Source of the DNA: Camelus dromedarius | Lineage: Eukaryota | NCBI RefSeq assembly: GCF_036321535.1 | Contig: NC_087436.1 | Location: 58,406,001-58,470,000 of the forward strand | Direction of reading: 5' to 3' | DNA length: 64,000 nucleotides | In this document: positions 1 through 15,670 of the stretch, piece after piece | Layout of the letters: each line of letters opens with the position of its first letter | Numbering within the stretch: position 1 is the stretch's first letter | Translations under genes and position numbers: made by a program | The notes under the pieces: generated by a model | What the model was told of the DNA's origin: nothing | The model's input: only the letters and a program-made list of their open reading frames with translations | Databases searched by the model: none

Positions 1-504
1 AAGAAAACATGGAAATGTGCTACTTGAGGGGTGTGGGGGGAGCATGGATCCTGCTAAAACTGCTACTGTGGAAGAGGAGAAAAATCTATTTTGAACAGTT
101 TAATACAGCAGATGAGAAGAATTTACTCAAATTATGGCAACAGATAATATAAATAATACACAGAAACTGCTGATAGTAAAGAGATTAATCTTAAGTAACT
201 AGCAAGTACCCTGACTCCAATGACAGGGTTTCTACACACAGTGAGAAAGTCAGACAGGCTGCATCTGTAGCGTGTGGAAATGAGTGGCTGGACATTAATC
301 CTAGGGCTGAAGTTCAAATAAAGGACTTCAATTTACAAAATAAATCTATAAAAGAAAGGTAGGGTCTGAAGATATAAGTGACTACAGGTACTGACCAGAT
401 AATTACAGGTCATGAAAATAAAACAGATCCACAATTAATGGAAACCTGGTATTAATGTGGTCCTGAGAAGACAGGAGAATTCAAGTTGCTAATACACTTA
501 ACCA

Positions 505-852
505 AAATTTTTGCACACCCTGCCATCCCCAGATGTTCACATCATCTGCTCCCTTTCATCTTTCTGATCTCTGCTCAAAAGCCATTGTCTCAGAAAGTTC
601 TTTTCCTGACTGTTCTATTTAAAATGACACCCCCAATGTCATCATCTCCATTCCTCTGATGCTGCTGCATTTTTTATTTTTCATACCAGCCCTTCAACTT
701 GAAATTTTATATATTATTTGTAGCACCCTCAACAAGAATATACATCCCAAGAGAGCAGGAAATTTGTTTTCACTGCTATACCATAAGTTCCTAGATTAAT
801 TCCTAGCTCAGAGCAGACACTCAACAAATATTTAATTAATTGAGTGAATGAA
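505..852 (+). mobile_element. L2 LINE 3' fragment
   Basis: L2 3'-end motifs (tctctgctcaaa...cctgact...ctatttaaaat; ttcactgctata...cactcaacaaatattt...tgaatgaa tail). Confidence 0.75.
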
Positions 853-3609
853 CATAGATTAGCAGCATAGCAAGGTTGGTAACAAAGCTGAGATGATGCC
901 AAAATACTTCAAATATACTGTTATATTTAGTACTAAATACTGGGTTTACACTGAATATGCAGGGAACAAATAAGTATTTCCAGCTGTGTGTGAGGAAGGA
1001 GGTAGAAGTACAGAATTAAGGTCAGTACTCCTAGAAATCCCAGAACAACTCATTTTACTGCTACTGAGAACTTTATAATTTATTGTTCATTGTATCATGC
1101 TAAACATAAAATACTTGAAGCTAGAAACCACAGTGATGCATCTTCTTATCTCTTTCACTAATTATTACAGTATTTTGCAAATTATAAGCTGTTAATAATA
1201 TCTATTTGGATGGAATAAGAAGTGAATCAATAACTAGCAAACAATGGATGATAATTTTCACAGATTACAGAGCATTTTTTATTCAAATAAACAAGCTTTA
1301 TTCACTACTTTGATAATCTGATCAATTAAAAAATGCTTTTAATTTAAAAACATTAACTATCTCACTTTAAGTAAAAGAAAAGATAGTAATCACAGACTAT
1401 GCATATAAAAGAATTCCAAAACAGGATCTCATTACTCTTTACCTACTTCTGTCCAACTCAGTTAGGAAACAATCCATGTTTTCATGTAACAGCACACTGC
1501 CATGACACTGAGTTATATAGCAGACAATGCCAAATACGCAGTAAAAATCCTTTGAGAGCATTAGTTAATGCATATGCGTAACACTTTTATATTATAAAAC
1601 TTGGGGGCTTATCTCTTTCTTTAATGTGAAAAGCAATTACTGTGCTGTAAATATGGAATAATTATTTTTAAAATATCACTTGTTCTTAAAATACAGTGGA
1701 GGCATTGTGCCTTTGAAGCAGCATCTTTGAGCTCAAACCATTTTCAGTACTTGTGCCACAATAAAAAAAAAAAAAAACTAAGACTTTGCTATATGAAGGC
1801 TGATGCCATTATTAATGTCTTTAATCATGCTTAATTTTCCTTGCTGAATCATGATTTTCTCCATGCTGAGTTCACTGCCCTACCACTGGTTTCGGAAAGA
1901 TGTGATCTTGAAGCTCGGAACAGGATAAAGACCTTGACAGAAAAATCACCTTCCTGTCCATGTGGCCTGATACTTCTGTTCTCAGTCCAGCTCCACCCCC
2001 AGATCACATTTTTCACAGTCATAAAGATGTATTTTTGAACATGGCTGCTTCTTTGATTAGATCTTTTCTACTTTCAGGGCAGAAAGCATGGCTACTATTT
2101 TTCCCCTTTATTTCTTGTTTATCTTTTTCCTTAACTCACCATCCCTAGGTTGTAAATCATCTCATTTTCTACTGAACTCTGTATTTTGTTTCTCATTAAA
2201 CTACTGCCTAGTAATTATATTATCTATGCATATATATTTATTCTTCCATAGTGGTTTAAAGCCCCTTCAATATGCAGAGTGCTCCTAAGGTACCTCTACA
2301 TTCTTCACTAATTCTACCTTACTTTCTTATAATGGAGATGCTGAATAATATTGAATGAAGGAAGGAATAAAGGATCTTGTAATGTTGGTCACGCTTTTGT
2401 GGGCCTTTCCTATGTTTCCTCTTGCTCTGCAGCCTGCTGTTTGGCCATTTGCTGTTCATTAGGATCTATTAAACTATGGGTCTTGGAAATAAAAAGATAT
2501 AAAATGCAAAACAGTTCTTTTATAACTTGTCAGTTTCTACTTATTACTCTTTATAAGTTACTATGTAACAAAAAAATGTTGGCTGTGCAATTTGTTCAAC
2601 AATAGTATGTTTTTTTTCTTCCCTGTAGCAACTTAATAAGGAATCTAGTTTGTATAATAAAGCACTCCTACAAAGAATAGAATAAAAGAGAGATATGAGA
2701 AAACTTTTGCCATACAAAATGGAGCAAAATATTCAAGAATTCTTGAACAAGCGATTCATCAACTTCCTTAAAGTAGAGGATTTTCAAAAGGAGATATTTA
2801 AAATATGTAACTGGAACGTAAGTTTTCAACAAGTTCATTTCATCTGTCACATTATTTTAAGTAAAAAGAATCACGTTTTCTTCCATAGCAGCCACTCAAC
2901 TATGCTGTGGTGTGGCCACTTGGAGATGACTCCTGTTTCTGGTCAGACCTTGTACCTTCCTGGACAGATGCTGCCTCTCAGCATCTCTAACATCAAGGCA
3001 GCTTTTGCTGCACTGTTAAAATACCAACAGACATGAAGATTTCATCTTGTAAAAGACAGAAGTTAAAGGTCTGTGTGAAGCATTCGTTCTAAGTTTTGTA
3101 ATATAAAATGCATGCGTTAGTCTGAAGAATACATCCCAACAGACAGCAGCACTTCCTGATTAGATTGGACAGGTCATCAACTCACTAAGATTCAGCTAAG
3201 ATAAGCTTTTCCACATAGGCAGTTAAGTGTAGTAGTTAATAATGACACCAGCTAAAAATCTCAATAGGAAATAATGGCAAAGTCAAAATAGGATAATTTG
3301 AGGATTTTTCAAATGCATGAATTACACAGGTATGGGCAGGATGTAGCTGAAAAATGAGGTATAGTACAAGAATTCAGAGGTAGTAGCAGTGAGAAAGTGA
3401 CCAGTCTTGGGCCCAATGGATAGAGAGGAGAGGAATTTGTGGAGCTCTGAAGATGACTGATAAACAGTTGGCTGTCTCCAGAAAAGTGTGACGCTTATTT
3501 GAGGTAAATATCCAGCCAAAGGTGACCTCACAGAAGACAGAAAATAAAGATTGTTGAACTCAAACAGAAAACAGTGTTCCAGGAATGATTTTGAAGTATT
3601 CAGATGTGA

Positions 3610-3775
3610 CAAGTTAACTAACCTAGCTGTACCTCAGTCTCCTCAACTATATAAAGCTAGTAAAATAGTAACTACCTCATAGCTGATAAAGTAGTATACA
3701 GATTAGGTTAAAAAAAATGAAGCACTTTTAACAGCTCATGGAATATAGTAAGATATGAATAAATAAATGCTACTT
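3610..3775 (+). mobile_element. MIR SINE fragment
   Basis: MIR core: aagttaactaacct...cctcagtctcctca...aatagtaactacctcatag. Confidence 0.7.
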
Positions 3776-4036
3776 CTCATTCTTGGGCTTTTCAAATGAG
3801 GTTCTTTCGTCAAGAATGTACAACAAATATAAAGACCATAAAAAATGATGTTTCGTTCCTAGTTTTAGATATTAATATATTTCTGTGCATTACTGTGCAT
3901 TGTGACCAAGAAAACTGAGTAAAATTTTTGTATATGTTTCATTTCATTTCTTTTTCCTGGGAAGAAGAACACTTACATGAAAAGCCCAATATTCAATATC
4001 AGAGTTACAGAGAGGTGAATTTCAAATCCAAAACTT

Positions 4037-4161
4037 GGGGGAGGACATAGCTCAGTGGTAGAGCGCACACTTAGTATGCATGAGGTCCTGGGTTCAATCC
4101 CCAGTACTTTTATTAAATAAATAAAAAATAAACCTAATTACCTCCCCTCAAAACAAACAAA
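4037..4161 (+). mobile_element. tRNA-derived camelid SINE (vic-1 type)
   Basis: GGGGGAGGACATAGCTCAGTGGTAGAGC (A box) and GGTTCAATCCCC (B box), then AAATAAACCTAATTACCTCCCC and an A-rich tail. Flanking direct repeat CAAATCCAAAA at 4023-4033 and 4162-4172. Confidence 0.9.
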
Positions 4162-4404
4162 CAAATCCAAAAGGGGTTCAGGAATGACATTCTCACACCC
4201 CAGATTCAGTGAGACCTGCAAGACCATCAGAATTTCCTTCAGAACACATTCTATTTCCAAAGGGAAAAACTGAAGAAGATTTGGGTAACAAACCCAAGAA
4301 TAGCATTGCTACCCAGCAAATATTGACTTTAATTATGGAAATAAACATTTGCACAACAACTGAATAAAAACCTAAGTATTCAAAGATAACCTAATCCCTC
4401 AAAC

Positions 4405-4790
4405 ACACGGATCAACAAGCAGTGCCTCCAAATGGTCTTCTCACATGCAGTAGCCTGGAATGCTATTTCCACCGTCTTTTCATGGCTGGCTATTTTTGCA
4501 ACTTCAAATCTTGACTTAAATGCTCCTTTTTTTGTATTTTCCATAATCATTCTATCAAAAATAAATTTCTGGTTTTAAATTGCACACACACACACACACA
4601 CAAACACACACATACACACACACACATACACATATTCCACGAGTTAATTTTTATCATAGTATCATTTACCTTCCTTTATGTCATTTTTCCCTTTAAAAAA
4701 TATTATTTGATTCTTTAGCTCTTTTTGTATATTTCTCCTACTACATTATAAATTCCTTGAGTGCGGGAATTAAATTTATCTCATTCATCT
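4405..4790 (+). mobile_element. L2 fragment containing a (CA)n expansion
   Basis: gcctggaatgct...catggctggct...cttcaaatcttgacttaaatg...ataaattccttgagtgcggga resembles the L2 3' region. Confidence 0.6.
4583..4632. repeat. (CA)n microsatellite, interrupted
   Basis: Direct reading. Confidence 0.95.
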
Positions 4791-6739
4791 GTATAAAATT
4801 ATAATAAGTGTATAGTCAGTGAATTTAAAGTATCTTACAAATATGCGAACAATTTTAATTTTGATTTTTGAAAGAATAATGAATTGTTCTTGGTGATTCA
4901 GTTTTCTTCCAGTTGGTCTATCCCTCCCATATTTAAGCTTTAAGCAATTTCCAAGGAAAGGAAGTGTAAACTGTTGATTCATTCTGTGTGCTCGTGAAGC
5001 CCTGCATAAATTTTGGATAATGAACAATGGTGGTCTGACAACAAACCTGCCTTGTTCCACTGTAACAGACACAGTAAATAGAGGTTTAAAACTACCGTTG
5101 AAAACCATGCATTAATATTGGAAGAATGACCACAAGAAAGAAGTGCTTGCTGAACTTATCATGAGACACAGATAGAAACATATATACATACATCATATTT
5201 GGTATATATATCATATACACATGGCATATGCACATATATATATACACACACACAGATATGATGAGTAAAATGCCCTTAAACTGAGCAAAAATACTCAGAA
5301 ATTCAAAACAATAAAAAAATGAACTCAATAATTTCAAACAATAAAGATTATAGACAAATAAACAGAATAAGAATAGGATGTGGGAGTAGGCAGAATGAGG
5401 TTGACGTATCAGTTTCTTTCTCTTTGACCAATGAGAATGTGCCATCTTTTTTTAATCCCCTAATAACTTTCTATCATCAGAGTTATCTACAGCTTTCTCA
5501 GTTTTAATAATATGAGTAAGCACACAGGACAACTGCAACATATTCTGTTTGATTTTATATAAGTGTAAGTTCAAAAGTAAAGTACAAAAATTATTACTGA
5601 TTATTCAAAGTCATTCTATTCTAAAGCATTCTATACAAGGATTATATCTGACTTCAATTTGTAGAACAGTTTCCCCCCCAAAAAATTCTGAGAAAACATA
5701 TTTATTATTTTACTTTGGAATATATTTCTCATATTTAATAGGTATTTTATGTCTTTTCTATATTTTTAAGTCTTTTTGTTTGAAAACATAGCTTAAGAAG
5801 TGAGCTTAGCTATTCTTACTATCATATTTTATTAGTCTATCAAGGACCAAAAAGCAAATATGAGGCATGAATTCCTGAGAAAATAACATCATATTATATG
5901 TCACCGAAGAAAATACTGGAAATTCAAAGAAACCAGCGATAAAGTTTTTAGAGTTAATATTTGCCCATGTATAGTCGTAATAAAAAACTGCAGAGCACAG
6001 AAAGACAACCTTTTAAAAAATCATGTCAGAAATAAACTCAAAATACCAGAGATGATGCATCTCTCAAAGTATAAAGCTTTCCTTGAATTCATTTCTGTAT
6101 TCGACCCTCACATATATTGCTCTCCTACATTATGTCTCTCTACAACTGAATTCTATTTAGTTATGACTCAGTGCCTTATTTACTCCACTGATTGTATTAA
6201 GCCTACATAAATCATCAGAAAGCTCTAATTTGGTCCCCAAAGGCATTCTCTACTTCCCAGAAATGGTAACAAGGTATTTTAAATCCTCCCAACCCTAAGT
6301 ACACATGTTGCAACATCACTACTATCTGCCAAATAAATTACACTACAAATGTAATTCTCATCCTCCTGTGCTGACTAGCAGAACTAGGCCAGAAGACAGA
6401 AAAAAAAGCAGAAGTATTTAATTTATATAACATTTTACAACCCTAGCATTCAGGATCTTGATAAGGAACTACTGACTTGAAGAGAAAATGACACCTATTA
6501 GGCAGTTATTAAGCTTAGATTATCAATGGTATCCACGGGAATTACCAATAAATGTGGTAAACGACATCTGGGAAGGTAAGGTCAGAGAGGGATAGAAATT
6601 TACTGATGGACACATGCAATGGTGCTAAGTCATCATGTCCTTCACTGTTATTAAAATGCATTTAGATTAGCAGAGGAATCCACAAACCATAACTGTTACC
6701 CTATATAATTATCTTACAATAATCAAATAATCATAGTAG

Positions 6740-6890
6740 TCTTATGGAATATGCTTTTATCCCCACTTTATATATGAATAAACTGAGGCTCAGAGACAAT
6801 AGGTGTATTCAAGGACCCACAGAAAATAAGAAATGAAGCAGCATTCATATAAAGGCAGATTTATCTAATTCCACGGCCCATACATCTAAT
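6740..6890 (-). mobile_element. MIR SINE fragment
   Basis: ttatccccactttata...aaactgaggctcagaga is the reverse complement of the MIR core. Confidence 0.75.
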
Positions 6891-9800
6891 TGCCTTTTTT
6901 TCCAAGCAGTATAAATGACATCAAAATTAAAACACATACTGAACCAAATGTAGATATCATGCATGAATACAGTACAGTATGAAGAGTCAAGGATTAAAAT
7001 GGGGATGAATGAGGAGTTTTCTAAAAACCACTTTAAAGGGAGGGCAAAAGGAAGAAGAGGGCCTATAGGTCAGGATCTAACACATGGTAATAAAGGTCAA
7101 GTTAACCATATTAGGGTTACAGAGCAGTCAGTGGAGAGCACAGCACTGTGCAGAGTAAGTGACTTAAGGCTGAACACTTAGAGCCAACCCAAAAGTACTT
7201 GCTGATTCATCTTTTCCTCAGAATATGCAATTTCCTATTGCAGACTGGATTTGTGTGTCTTCCTTTTAAAAGCAGTGTTTCAATGATAATTCTTTTTTTT
7301 TTCAAATTACAAAATAAAACAACAAAATGTTGTATAAGTACTAAATGACTATGCATAATGGGATTCCCATAAACATAACACTAGCCAAGGACATGCAAAA
7401 ATAAGTTGTTAAATGTTAAAATTAAAAGTCAGGTTATTTTTTTGTTGTCAAATTAGCAAGTAGACTGGATCATGTGAAAGCTGGGTATTAATGATATTGA
7501 TAATAGATTTTAAAGTCTAAATATAGTTAAGTCATCTTCGGTTTGTCAACATGAAATTAAACTATTTTTATAACTGTACAATGGACTCTCATTACAACTG
7601 CAGAATGTAGGTAAGTGTGGTTTTTAATCTAATAAACCATATATTCAGAGTCACTTTACGACATATAGGTGACTCTTTTACCAAGTCAGTATCATAAAAG
7701 GTCGATTAAAAATTGAATTATGCTGCCATAATCATGCAGTCTATCCACAGAGGTAGAAAGAGAACAGAAGAAAGTGGTGTGCTATTCTTATGAGGAAAAT
7801 ATTCAGTAGAAAGAAAGAATGCTTAAGCAACAACAAAAGAATACATCTTTACTTCCATTAAAACACAGCTTTCATAGAAAGCTGCTAAAGATTCTTCTAA
7901 ATAAAACAAGATTCAGAGAAGCACATATTGTTAAAATATGTATTTTAGGAGGTAACTTACATAATAGTACACATTTGTAGATAAGTGAGGTAAAAGGCCC
8001 CAAAGCAGAAAGGCTATAAAATTATGACAAAGAGGCCTAAAAAATCTGAATTTCAATCTATTCATAGTAATAGAGACCTGTTACTTTAAAAGTATGGTAT
8101 TAAATGAGATAATGGAAAGACTTGCCAATACAAGGGTAGAACAATGAATCACAGAAAATAAATATTAAGCTGTGCAATTTATATCTTCATTAATATTATG
8201 TTAAAAATAGTCTATTTCTTTAAAAAATAATTTCCCTCTCTTTTCTGAAAAGTGTTAAAAATCTAGAATATAGTGTTTCTTTTACTATTAACACAATTAA
8301 AAACCCAAATTAAAGACAGAAGGCAATGGCATAATGTCTTTTCATGCTCTAAAAATCTACATCTCACGTTAGGTACATTTTTAAGCTTCCTGCAATCAGA
8401 AATTCTGTCCTGTCTTTTGTTATCTCCTATGGTAGCTGGCCCAATCTTGGAACAGTAATAGGCTTTTAATCAGCATTTGGACAGACTGATTTGACTAAGT
8501 ACTCTCAAAATTTGATTCTAAATATATACTATTCTAATTCTTCTTGAGGGGCAATTCTCTAATGGAAAGGGGGTAGTCTGAGATATTTCAGACCTTGTGT
8601 TGTCCCTTACAGATATAAAATTCTTTATATTTTAATACTACATTGATGATAAGTACTTAAGGTCACACAATAGGCAGATTCAGATTCCAGACCTTAAGGC
8701 CAGGCCTTAGAAAGTGGTAGTAAGAAAGAAAACTGATCCAGAACTTGGTATGGGATTGCCAGGGAACTGACTAACCTAAACATTCCAGACTTGTGGAGGG
8801 AAGCAGGCAGTTTAGGCAGCCCCCAAATGGACATCCAGTTTCCCTCCTGCTGTGAGAGTGTCTGGAGATGGCCAGGAGCTGCATCACTATCCTTCCACCC
8901 CTTCACACATATAGTTAGGCATGTGTTACACACAGAACATTGGGCCTAGATACAAAGTCCAACACTGGCCTTGATGTGGAAAGAGAAGAAGGAATGAAAA
9001 AAAATGGGGGGAAAAAATGAACAAATGAAAGAATGAGCAGAATTATAACTACATGATGTTCATGTTTTGTTTCTTGTCTCTTGGAATAACTAATTCTTAA
9101 GTTTGGTTGTCAGGCACTTCAGAAAATAAGCTCTGAAACTGGAGTTACCAAAATTGGTCCCGGAAACATAGACTGATGAGGTATACACATTGCAGTCCTA
9201 GGCTAGGAAAGTTGCAGAATCCAATCTAAGCATTTTGATATTAGCAAATTTTTTATCACAGTAAAAATGTCCTATAAAAGCAAAGAGGAATATAAATTAT
9301 GAGACTTAGTCCTGGTATAGAGCATCAAATACTGCAGCCACATAAATCATTCTTTAACATTTACATCCTCTTTGAACCAGACTTCTCAGATTTAGCCTAT
9401 GGCACTAGAAATACTCACAATGAATGGTGATGTGTTTTGGAGAAGTGCTTTTTCCTAGCTAGATTTCCTGACACTGATTTGGCTCTGTCACTCTCCTGTT
9501 ATCCCCTTTACACACATGATATGGATATGTGTATATTTATATATAACTATAAAGAAATGAGACTGATTTCATAAACTATAATGTTTCACTATAATTTTAT
9601 TTTGGAAGCTATAGCGGCAAAACCAACTGAAATCATCACTGTATTAAAGTGAGATGTCTATTTTCACAAGACTCTTTGGGAGCTATCAACAGTGATGTCA
9701 TGGTCTGCAAAAGAGTAAGCTGAAGGTGGACCAGGCTGCAACATGGAAGATGAGCAGTCTTAACCATGACTGCTTTTTGTATTTAAAACAGCTTTTATAA

Positions 9801-11844
9801 CTATATTATTTATAATGGTTTGTAATACAGTAGAAAAGATAATAATTATGATAATTACTCCTTTTTCTTTCAAGTATAATCACCTGAAACTCCACAGTAT
9901 AATACTACCCTTACACTCTTTTCACTGTGTATTTCATTGTTAGGTATTTTTTCTAATAAGAGCACTTAACTTCAAAACGTTTTAACTGAATCTTGCCTTT
10001 CAATATCAAATGCATGGTGCTTTACATCCTTCCTGATATACCTGACATATGCAAGAATAATACATGCATTCATATATTGGCATTCATCTTCCAAAGTGAA
10101 CATTTTTATAAATGCACTTTCCTTACATTCCTTGACCTTGTTTTCTTAAAAATCCCCACCTTTCATGGCCCACAGTGGTGTCGGTCTCAGCCAAGAGCTA
10201 ACAATATAAACAACTGTTATTATTTTCAGTAGAGACAGAAGTGTTTTTCACACCACCCATTTGTGTATCTATATAATATCCAGCACATAGATCCCACAGA
10301 GGAAACAATCTATAAAAGAGAAGCAAAGAGCAAAATCTAGCAAGAGCTGCTTTGGTCCAGATCAGTCAAACCTGCAAAAAGTCCTTTCTGGATTCTGGTG
10401 ATAGTGATGAGTTCTTTGGGTTGCAGTGAACAGTTGGATGAGGTAGCAGAACAAAGGATAGCTACCATATATCTTTTTAATCAATTGGAAGTCAGTCACA
10501 GGAAAAACTCGGAGGCAATTTCAGCAATGTAAAGCCTTCTCTAAAGAGAAGCTGAACAATTAAAATTTCTACAATCCTTTAAGATTCTAAATTTGGAAAT
10601 TTGTTCTAAAGACTTGTGGAACATCTCATCTATAGAGATGAAACTGACTTAAAAATACATTGTTTATGTTCTGATTTCTTCATTATTTATAGATGAGGAA
10701 AATCAAGGATGAATGAACAGAGTAGTTATACAATGCAACTGGTGTTGATCGGCTAGATAGGTATTTTCTACAATTCCATGCCATCTAAAACCCACTGACA
10801 TAAATAGCACATATCAAAACATATAAATCTGTTACAATTTTTCATTCCCCACAGTATTTGTTAGTCCTAGAATGCATTATGTATTTTCTCTCATATTTAT
10901 CTTTATATATGGTTAACAGATACAGCAAGGGCATTTGAATTTTTTATCTTGAACCAGTGGTCTGGAGCCCTTGGTTTAGTTCTTTCTCTGCTGTACACCT
11001 GCATCGTGGAGAATTGCTTAACGACTGTTGTCTCAGTAACTTTATCTGCATAGTAAAAATATACAACTAGGTTTAAATAATTTTGTACCACTATAAATTC
11101 TATAGGTTTTCAATGTTGTTTTTTTCTTATGTATATCTTCTTAAGGAAAAAGGTGACCAAAATGAAACCAAAAAGCTAGGAAAAAAACCCTGAGTTAAGG
11201 TATGAAAAATTGTTTTACCCTTAGTTAATATCCCACAACTCAACAGGCAAAAAAGTACACAATGGCTTATCAAAAATATATTCAAAAGAAAGGGAAAATT
11301 ATCTGAAAATAAGTGGTTTACTTTTGTGAAAACAGGAATGATTTTCTTCTACTGTTCATTTATCTGAAATTAATGTTACAGGATAATGATAGTGATGTTC
11401 AAATGGTCATTCATCTTCACAGAATAGAATATTAATCCTGTGTTACAACCAAGATATCTTCTTCTAGAAACTCACAAATAATTATTAATTACTACGCAAA
11501 AACTTACTGCAACCAAAGCTACAAAGGATTTTCATACTACCAATACTCTTTATTACAGTTTATGGATAAATAGGCTGTTTATATTTAAATCCCTCTCTCT
11601 TATTAAGTGTTGACAGTAGAAAGATACGGTAAACAAAAATTTAAATTTCAAAAAAATCATCTTTTAAATGTGGCAGGTTGGAGGAAGTTGTAACAATAAA
11701 ATAAATTTGAGGATTTCAGATTATTAAATTCCATTTATCCATTGAAAGAGCTCTATCATAATTTGTTAGTATTACCAAATCAACGATATGCTTTGATGAT
11801 GTTATTCGTTCAAGGATCAGAATTTGAAAATCAAATAAACAAAC

Positions 11845-11880
11845 AAAAAAAAAAAAAAAAAAAAAAGAGAGGGAGAGAGA
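11845..11880. repeat. A22 tract followed by a (GA)-rich run
   Basis: Direct reading. Confidence 0.9.
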
Positions 11881-14269
11881 ACCCAAAACCTTGAATTTTT
11901 AGTTCATCAGGAGTGCTAATGTATAAACAATCAGTAATATCACTAAATCTTGTGTTCTTCATTAGAACATAAAAAACAAATAAGCTGATTTAAGACTCTT
12001 TGTATTATAGATTTTAATGGTACTGCAACAAAGATGTGATGATAGAAAAATTAGCTATCTTTGATGGTACAATTGAGGTTTTTCGCCTAAATTACTTCCT
12101 TACAACATTTAAGAAGATACTCCTGAATACTTTCTTGCTCTCTTTCAGTTGAATATTTCCCCTTATTTTTTCAAACCAATCAATTATACTAAGAGCTCTA
12201 GAGAGAATGATTTTTAATTCTAAAAGTAACACAGATCTTTCTTAATATTGAATGGGGAAACAAATTAGCTCCAGAGCTTCCTAAAACTTATTTCAGGTTC
12301 AGGTTCATTACCCAGAGCAGACCAGTAAGTAGTCCAGAACATCCTGTTAGTATCAAAACCCATCAGGTAAACTGTCAAGCTTTTTATTCTTTCTTGACAA
12401 ATATCTAGTGGTCTCTACCGTGGAAACTTGAAACTTATTTCCTTTCTCAATTTGCTTTCATGTCACAAATTCTTTCAAGTCACAATAGTTCTTCTGAGAG
12501 ATATTTTTGTTTCCAGAATTTAGCTGGCAGCAGAATGGTTACACAAAGCAATATGTAAACAGATTAACTATGTTATTTTAAAATTTGTCTTTGCTTTTCA
12601 AACTGTAGTCTCTAAAAAAAAGTATGGGGGACATATTTATTCAGTATTTGTAATTCCCTCCTGTAACTCCCTTCCTACAGTCACCCATGGTAACTTCTTC
12701 ATTTCTTTATTTCTACACTTTTCAAAGTGGATTTTTTAAAAAGGCATCGATTTTTTAGAATGTCTTCCAAGTTATTTTACAATTATTAAAATGTAGTTAA
12801 TCAGAAGACAGTCACAAAAATAAATCAATCCTAATTTTCTCTCCTCTGTTCTTATTCCAGTCACTAAGAACTGAGAAAGAAATATCATAGGCATTTCTTT
12901 AAAATAATAACATATTCTCATTATTTTACATTGTTGATATTTTCCTCAATTTCCGCTTTTTATTTTGCAGACTGCTTTATAAATTCTAATAAAATGTAAA
13001 TAGCCTTTAAATGTTTCTATAAAAAAAATTTATCAACATAGCCATGATTTAACATCACAAATTCCCAGATAATTCTGATTTAAAATGTAAATAACTGGAT
13101 GTTTATATTAATCTGATTTTTCAATTGATTTTAAAATTAAAATTCCATCATATGATTATAAACTACCTATTTTATTGCCAAAACAGCTTTTACTTAAGAC
13201 ACTTCTGGTCATTTCATTAAAATAATATTTTTCATTTCATCAAATTAAGAAGAAGGAAAATCCACTATACCACTAATCATTTTATCCATTCTCTTACTAA
13301 CAGAGTTAAGCATAAATAAGCGTCAACAATAACCAATGCTACTGATCAAAAACATATTCAAATAAAGGTTATCTGTATATCATGCAGATACATTAGACTA
13401 AAGCATTTATTTTCCTTACCCCTTTAATACTTATCTTTATAAAGGTTTCCTGCCAAACTTTACTACATTTAACATCTTGTCCATCTTTTCTTCTGTCAAA
13501 TCCTCTTTTTATTAATAAATGAATTTGACTAAATTAATTTTGTATTAGTATCTAGTCTAAATACATTACCACAATAAAATATAAAACAGATTAACAACAA
13601 ATACTTCCATGAACAATGGTTGCTTTGCCAATCAAAAGGCTAAATATTTCATTAGAATAATAGCATCAAAAATAGTATTTTACTAGTGTAAGATCTTTCA
13701 CTCAAAACTTTCACTCATACAAATGATAATTCCAGTATAATAAAAATAATTTGTATTTGTATGACTTAGTACCAATGAAAAATTTTAATTCACTCAAATA
13801 TACAGAGAATGAAAAAAAAAAGTGGTTTAATACTTGGCACATTGTAGCACATAAAAAATTTATAGCCTAGATCAGTCTGTTAGGATCCCAGAACAAAATC
13901 TTTGATTTGTAGTTAGTGTCTAAAAGTTTTCCTTCTAGCAGTACATTTGTCACGAATACACCTGAAATATCATCTCCAGTTGTAACAACACTCAAGGTGG
14001 CAGTTATCTCAAAGAAGACAAAAGTAAAAATTCTGATAGAAACTCTTATTTTTAAGGTAGGCTTCATTTACAATTGAAGTCATAAAATGCTGGGAAGTTT
14101 TTATTGTATTTAGGACCATTTCCATATTATATTTCAATTAAAACAATAACTTTCTGCATGCTGTCCTTTCAGAAGTAGAATACAGGATTAGTATCTACCA
14201 AACAACACTCTGCAAGAAAAGCAATGTAGCAAAGACACAAACATGATGTCCACTTTTCAGGGCTCTTTA

Positions 14270-14602
<333 letters not shown>

Positions 14603-15189
14603 TCACTTAAAGCATGCACTTTATTTATTACTGAAACACACTGTACTGGAAGCAACGTGAGAGCTAAGCAGGAATGTAGTTATTACTTCTTCCAAATGGA
14701 AGTGATGAATACTACATCAAAGTGTTATTGCTGAGGGGGAACTGGGAAGACATTATAATAAAGTACAAAGCGGCTTTGCAGGACAAAGTGGCTAATACAT
14801 GTTATGAGATCTTTAGGAATTTATAGCTTGAAGAATTGTTTTTTTCTGAATAATGGGAGAAAAATCAGGAAACTTTCCGAGAGTCCATTCATACAGTAAG
14901 TAGGAACCAAATTTCTATTATAATCTTTATTTTTTCTCTTTTAGTTTCCTTCCTTCTTTCCTTTCTTTTTTTGAACAAGTTTCAGTATCTTTCACAATAG
15001 TAAGATGAGTAATATTCATAAAAAATTGAGACATACAAATCTCTAAGCAGAATTAATGAAGAAGTATTTCCTGAAGAACCAAAATAAGTTCTAGTGAATA
15101 ATTATGGCATTTTTCTCCTTCAAACGTAATAATGATGATGATGATCAGAACCATGGCTTTTTATTGAGTGTGTGTTTTTCAGTAGTGTA

Positions 15190-15415
15190 CTGAATAAACA
15201 TCCCAGTTCTAAGAGTAAACTGTTTTCAAATTCTGACTCTGACATTTGTTAAGTATATGAGTTTGAGCAAGGGATTCAAATTCTAAATTCTAAACCCCAC
15301 ATTCATCATCTGTAATATTTAATAATAAAATATTATCTATCTGTAAGGATCATTAATTGTATTAAATATTATACAAAACACATATTATGCAAAATGCAAG
15401 TAAATTGTGGTAGCT
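15190..15415 (+). mobile_element. MIR SINE fragment
   Basis: ttcaaattctgactctgacatttg...tttgagcaag...ttcatcatctgtaa. Confidence 0.6.
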
Positions 15416-15509
15416 AAATATGTCTCAGTTAAAGCTATTGTTTTTTTAATACTGTAATGTAATCCAAACAAAGCTTAACATTTTCCATTAATTTTTTCAC
15501 ATTACAATA

Positions 15510-15670
15510 TCTAATTTAATCCTTAAAACAATTATGTGATACATATACTACTTCACACACATACAGATTTAAAAATTAGGATTGCATGCAAGACATATGT
15601 CTAATGTCCCACATCAAGGGCCAGAGCTCTTGCCTCCTTGACTCCAACATCCTTGCTCTACATCACTATG
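15510..15670 (-). mobile_element. MIR/MIR3 fragment
   Basis: atttaatcctt...aacaa...cttgactccaacatccttgctct. Confidence 0.45.

Noticed and set aside
4037..4110. tRNA gene
   Set aside because: It has A and B boxes, but also degenerate stems, an A-rich tail and a TSD, so it is a tRNA-derived SINE.
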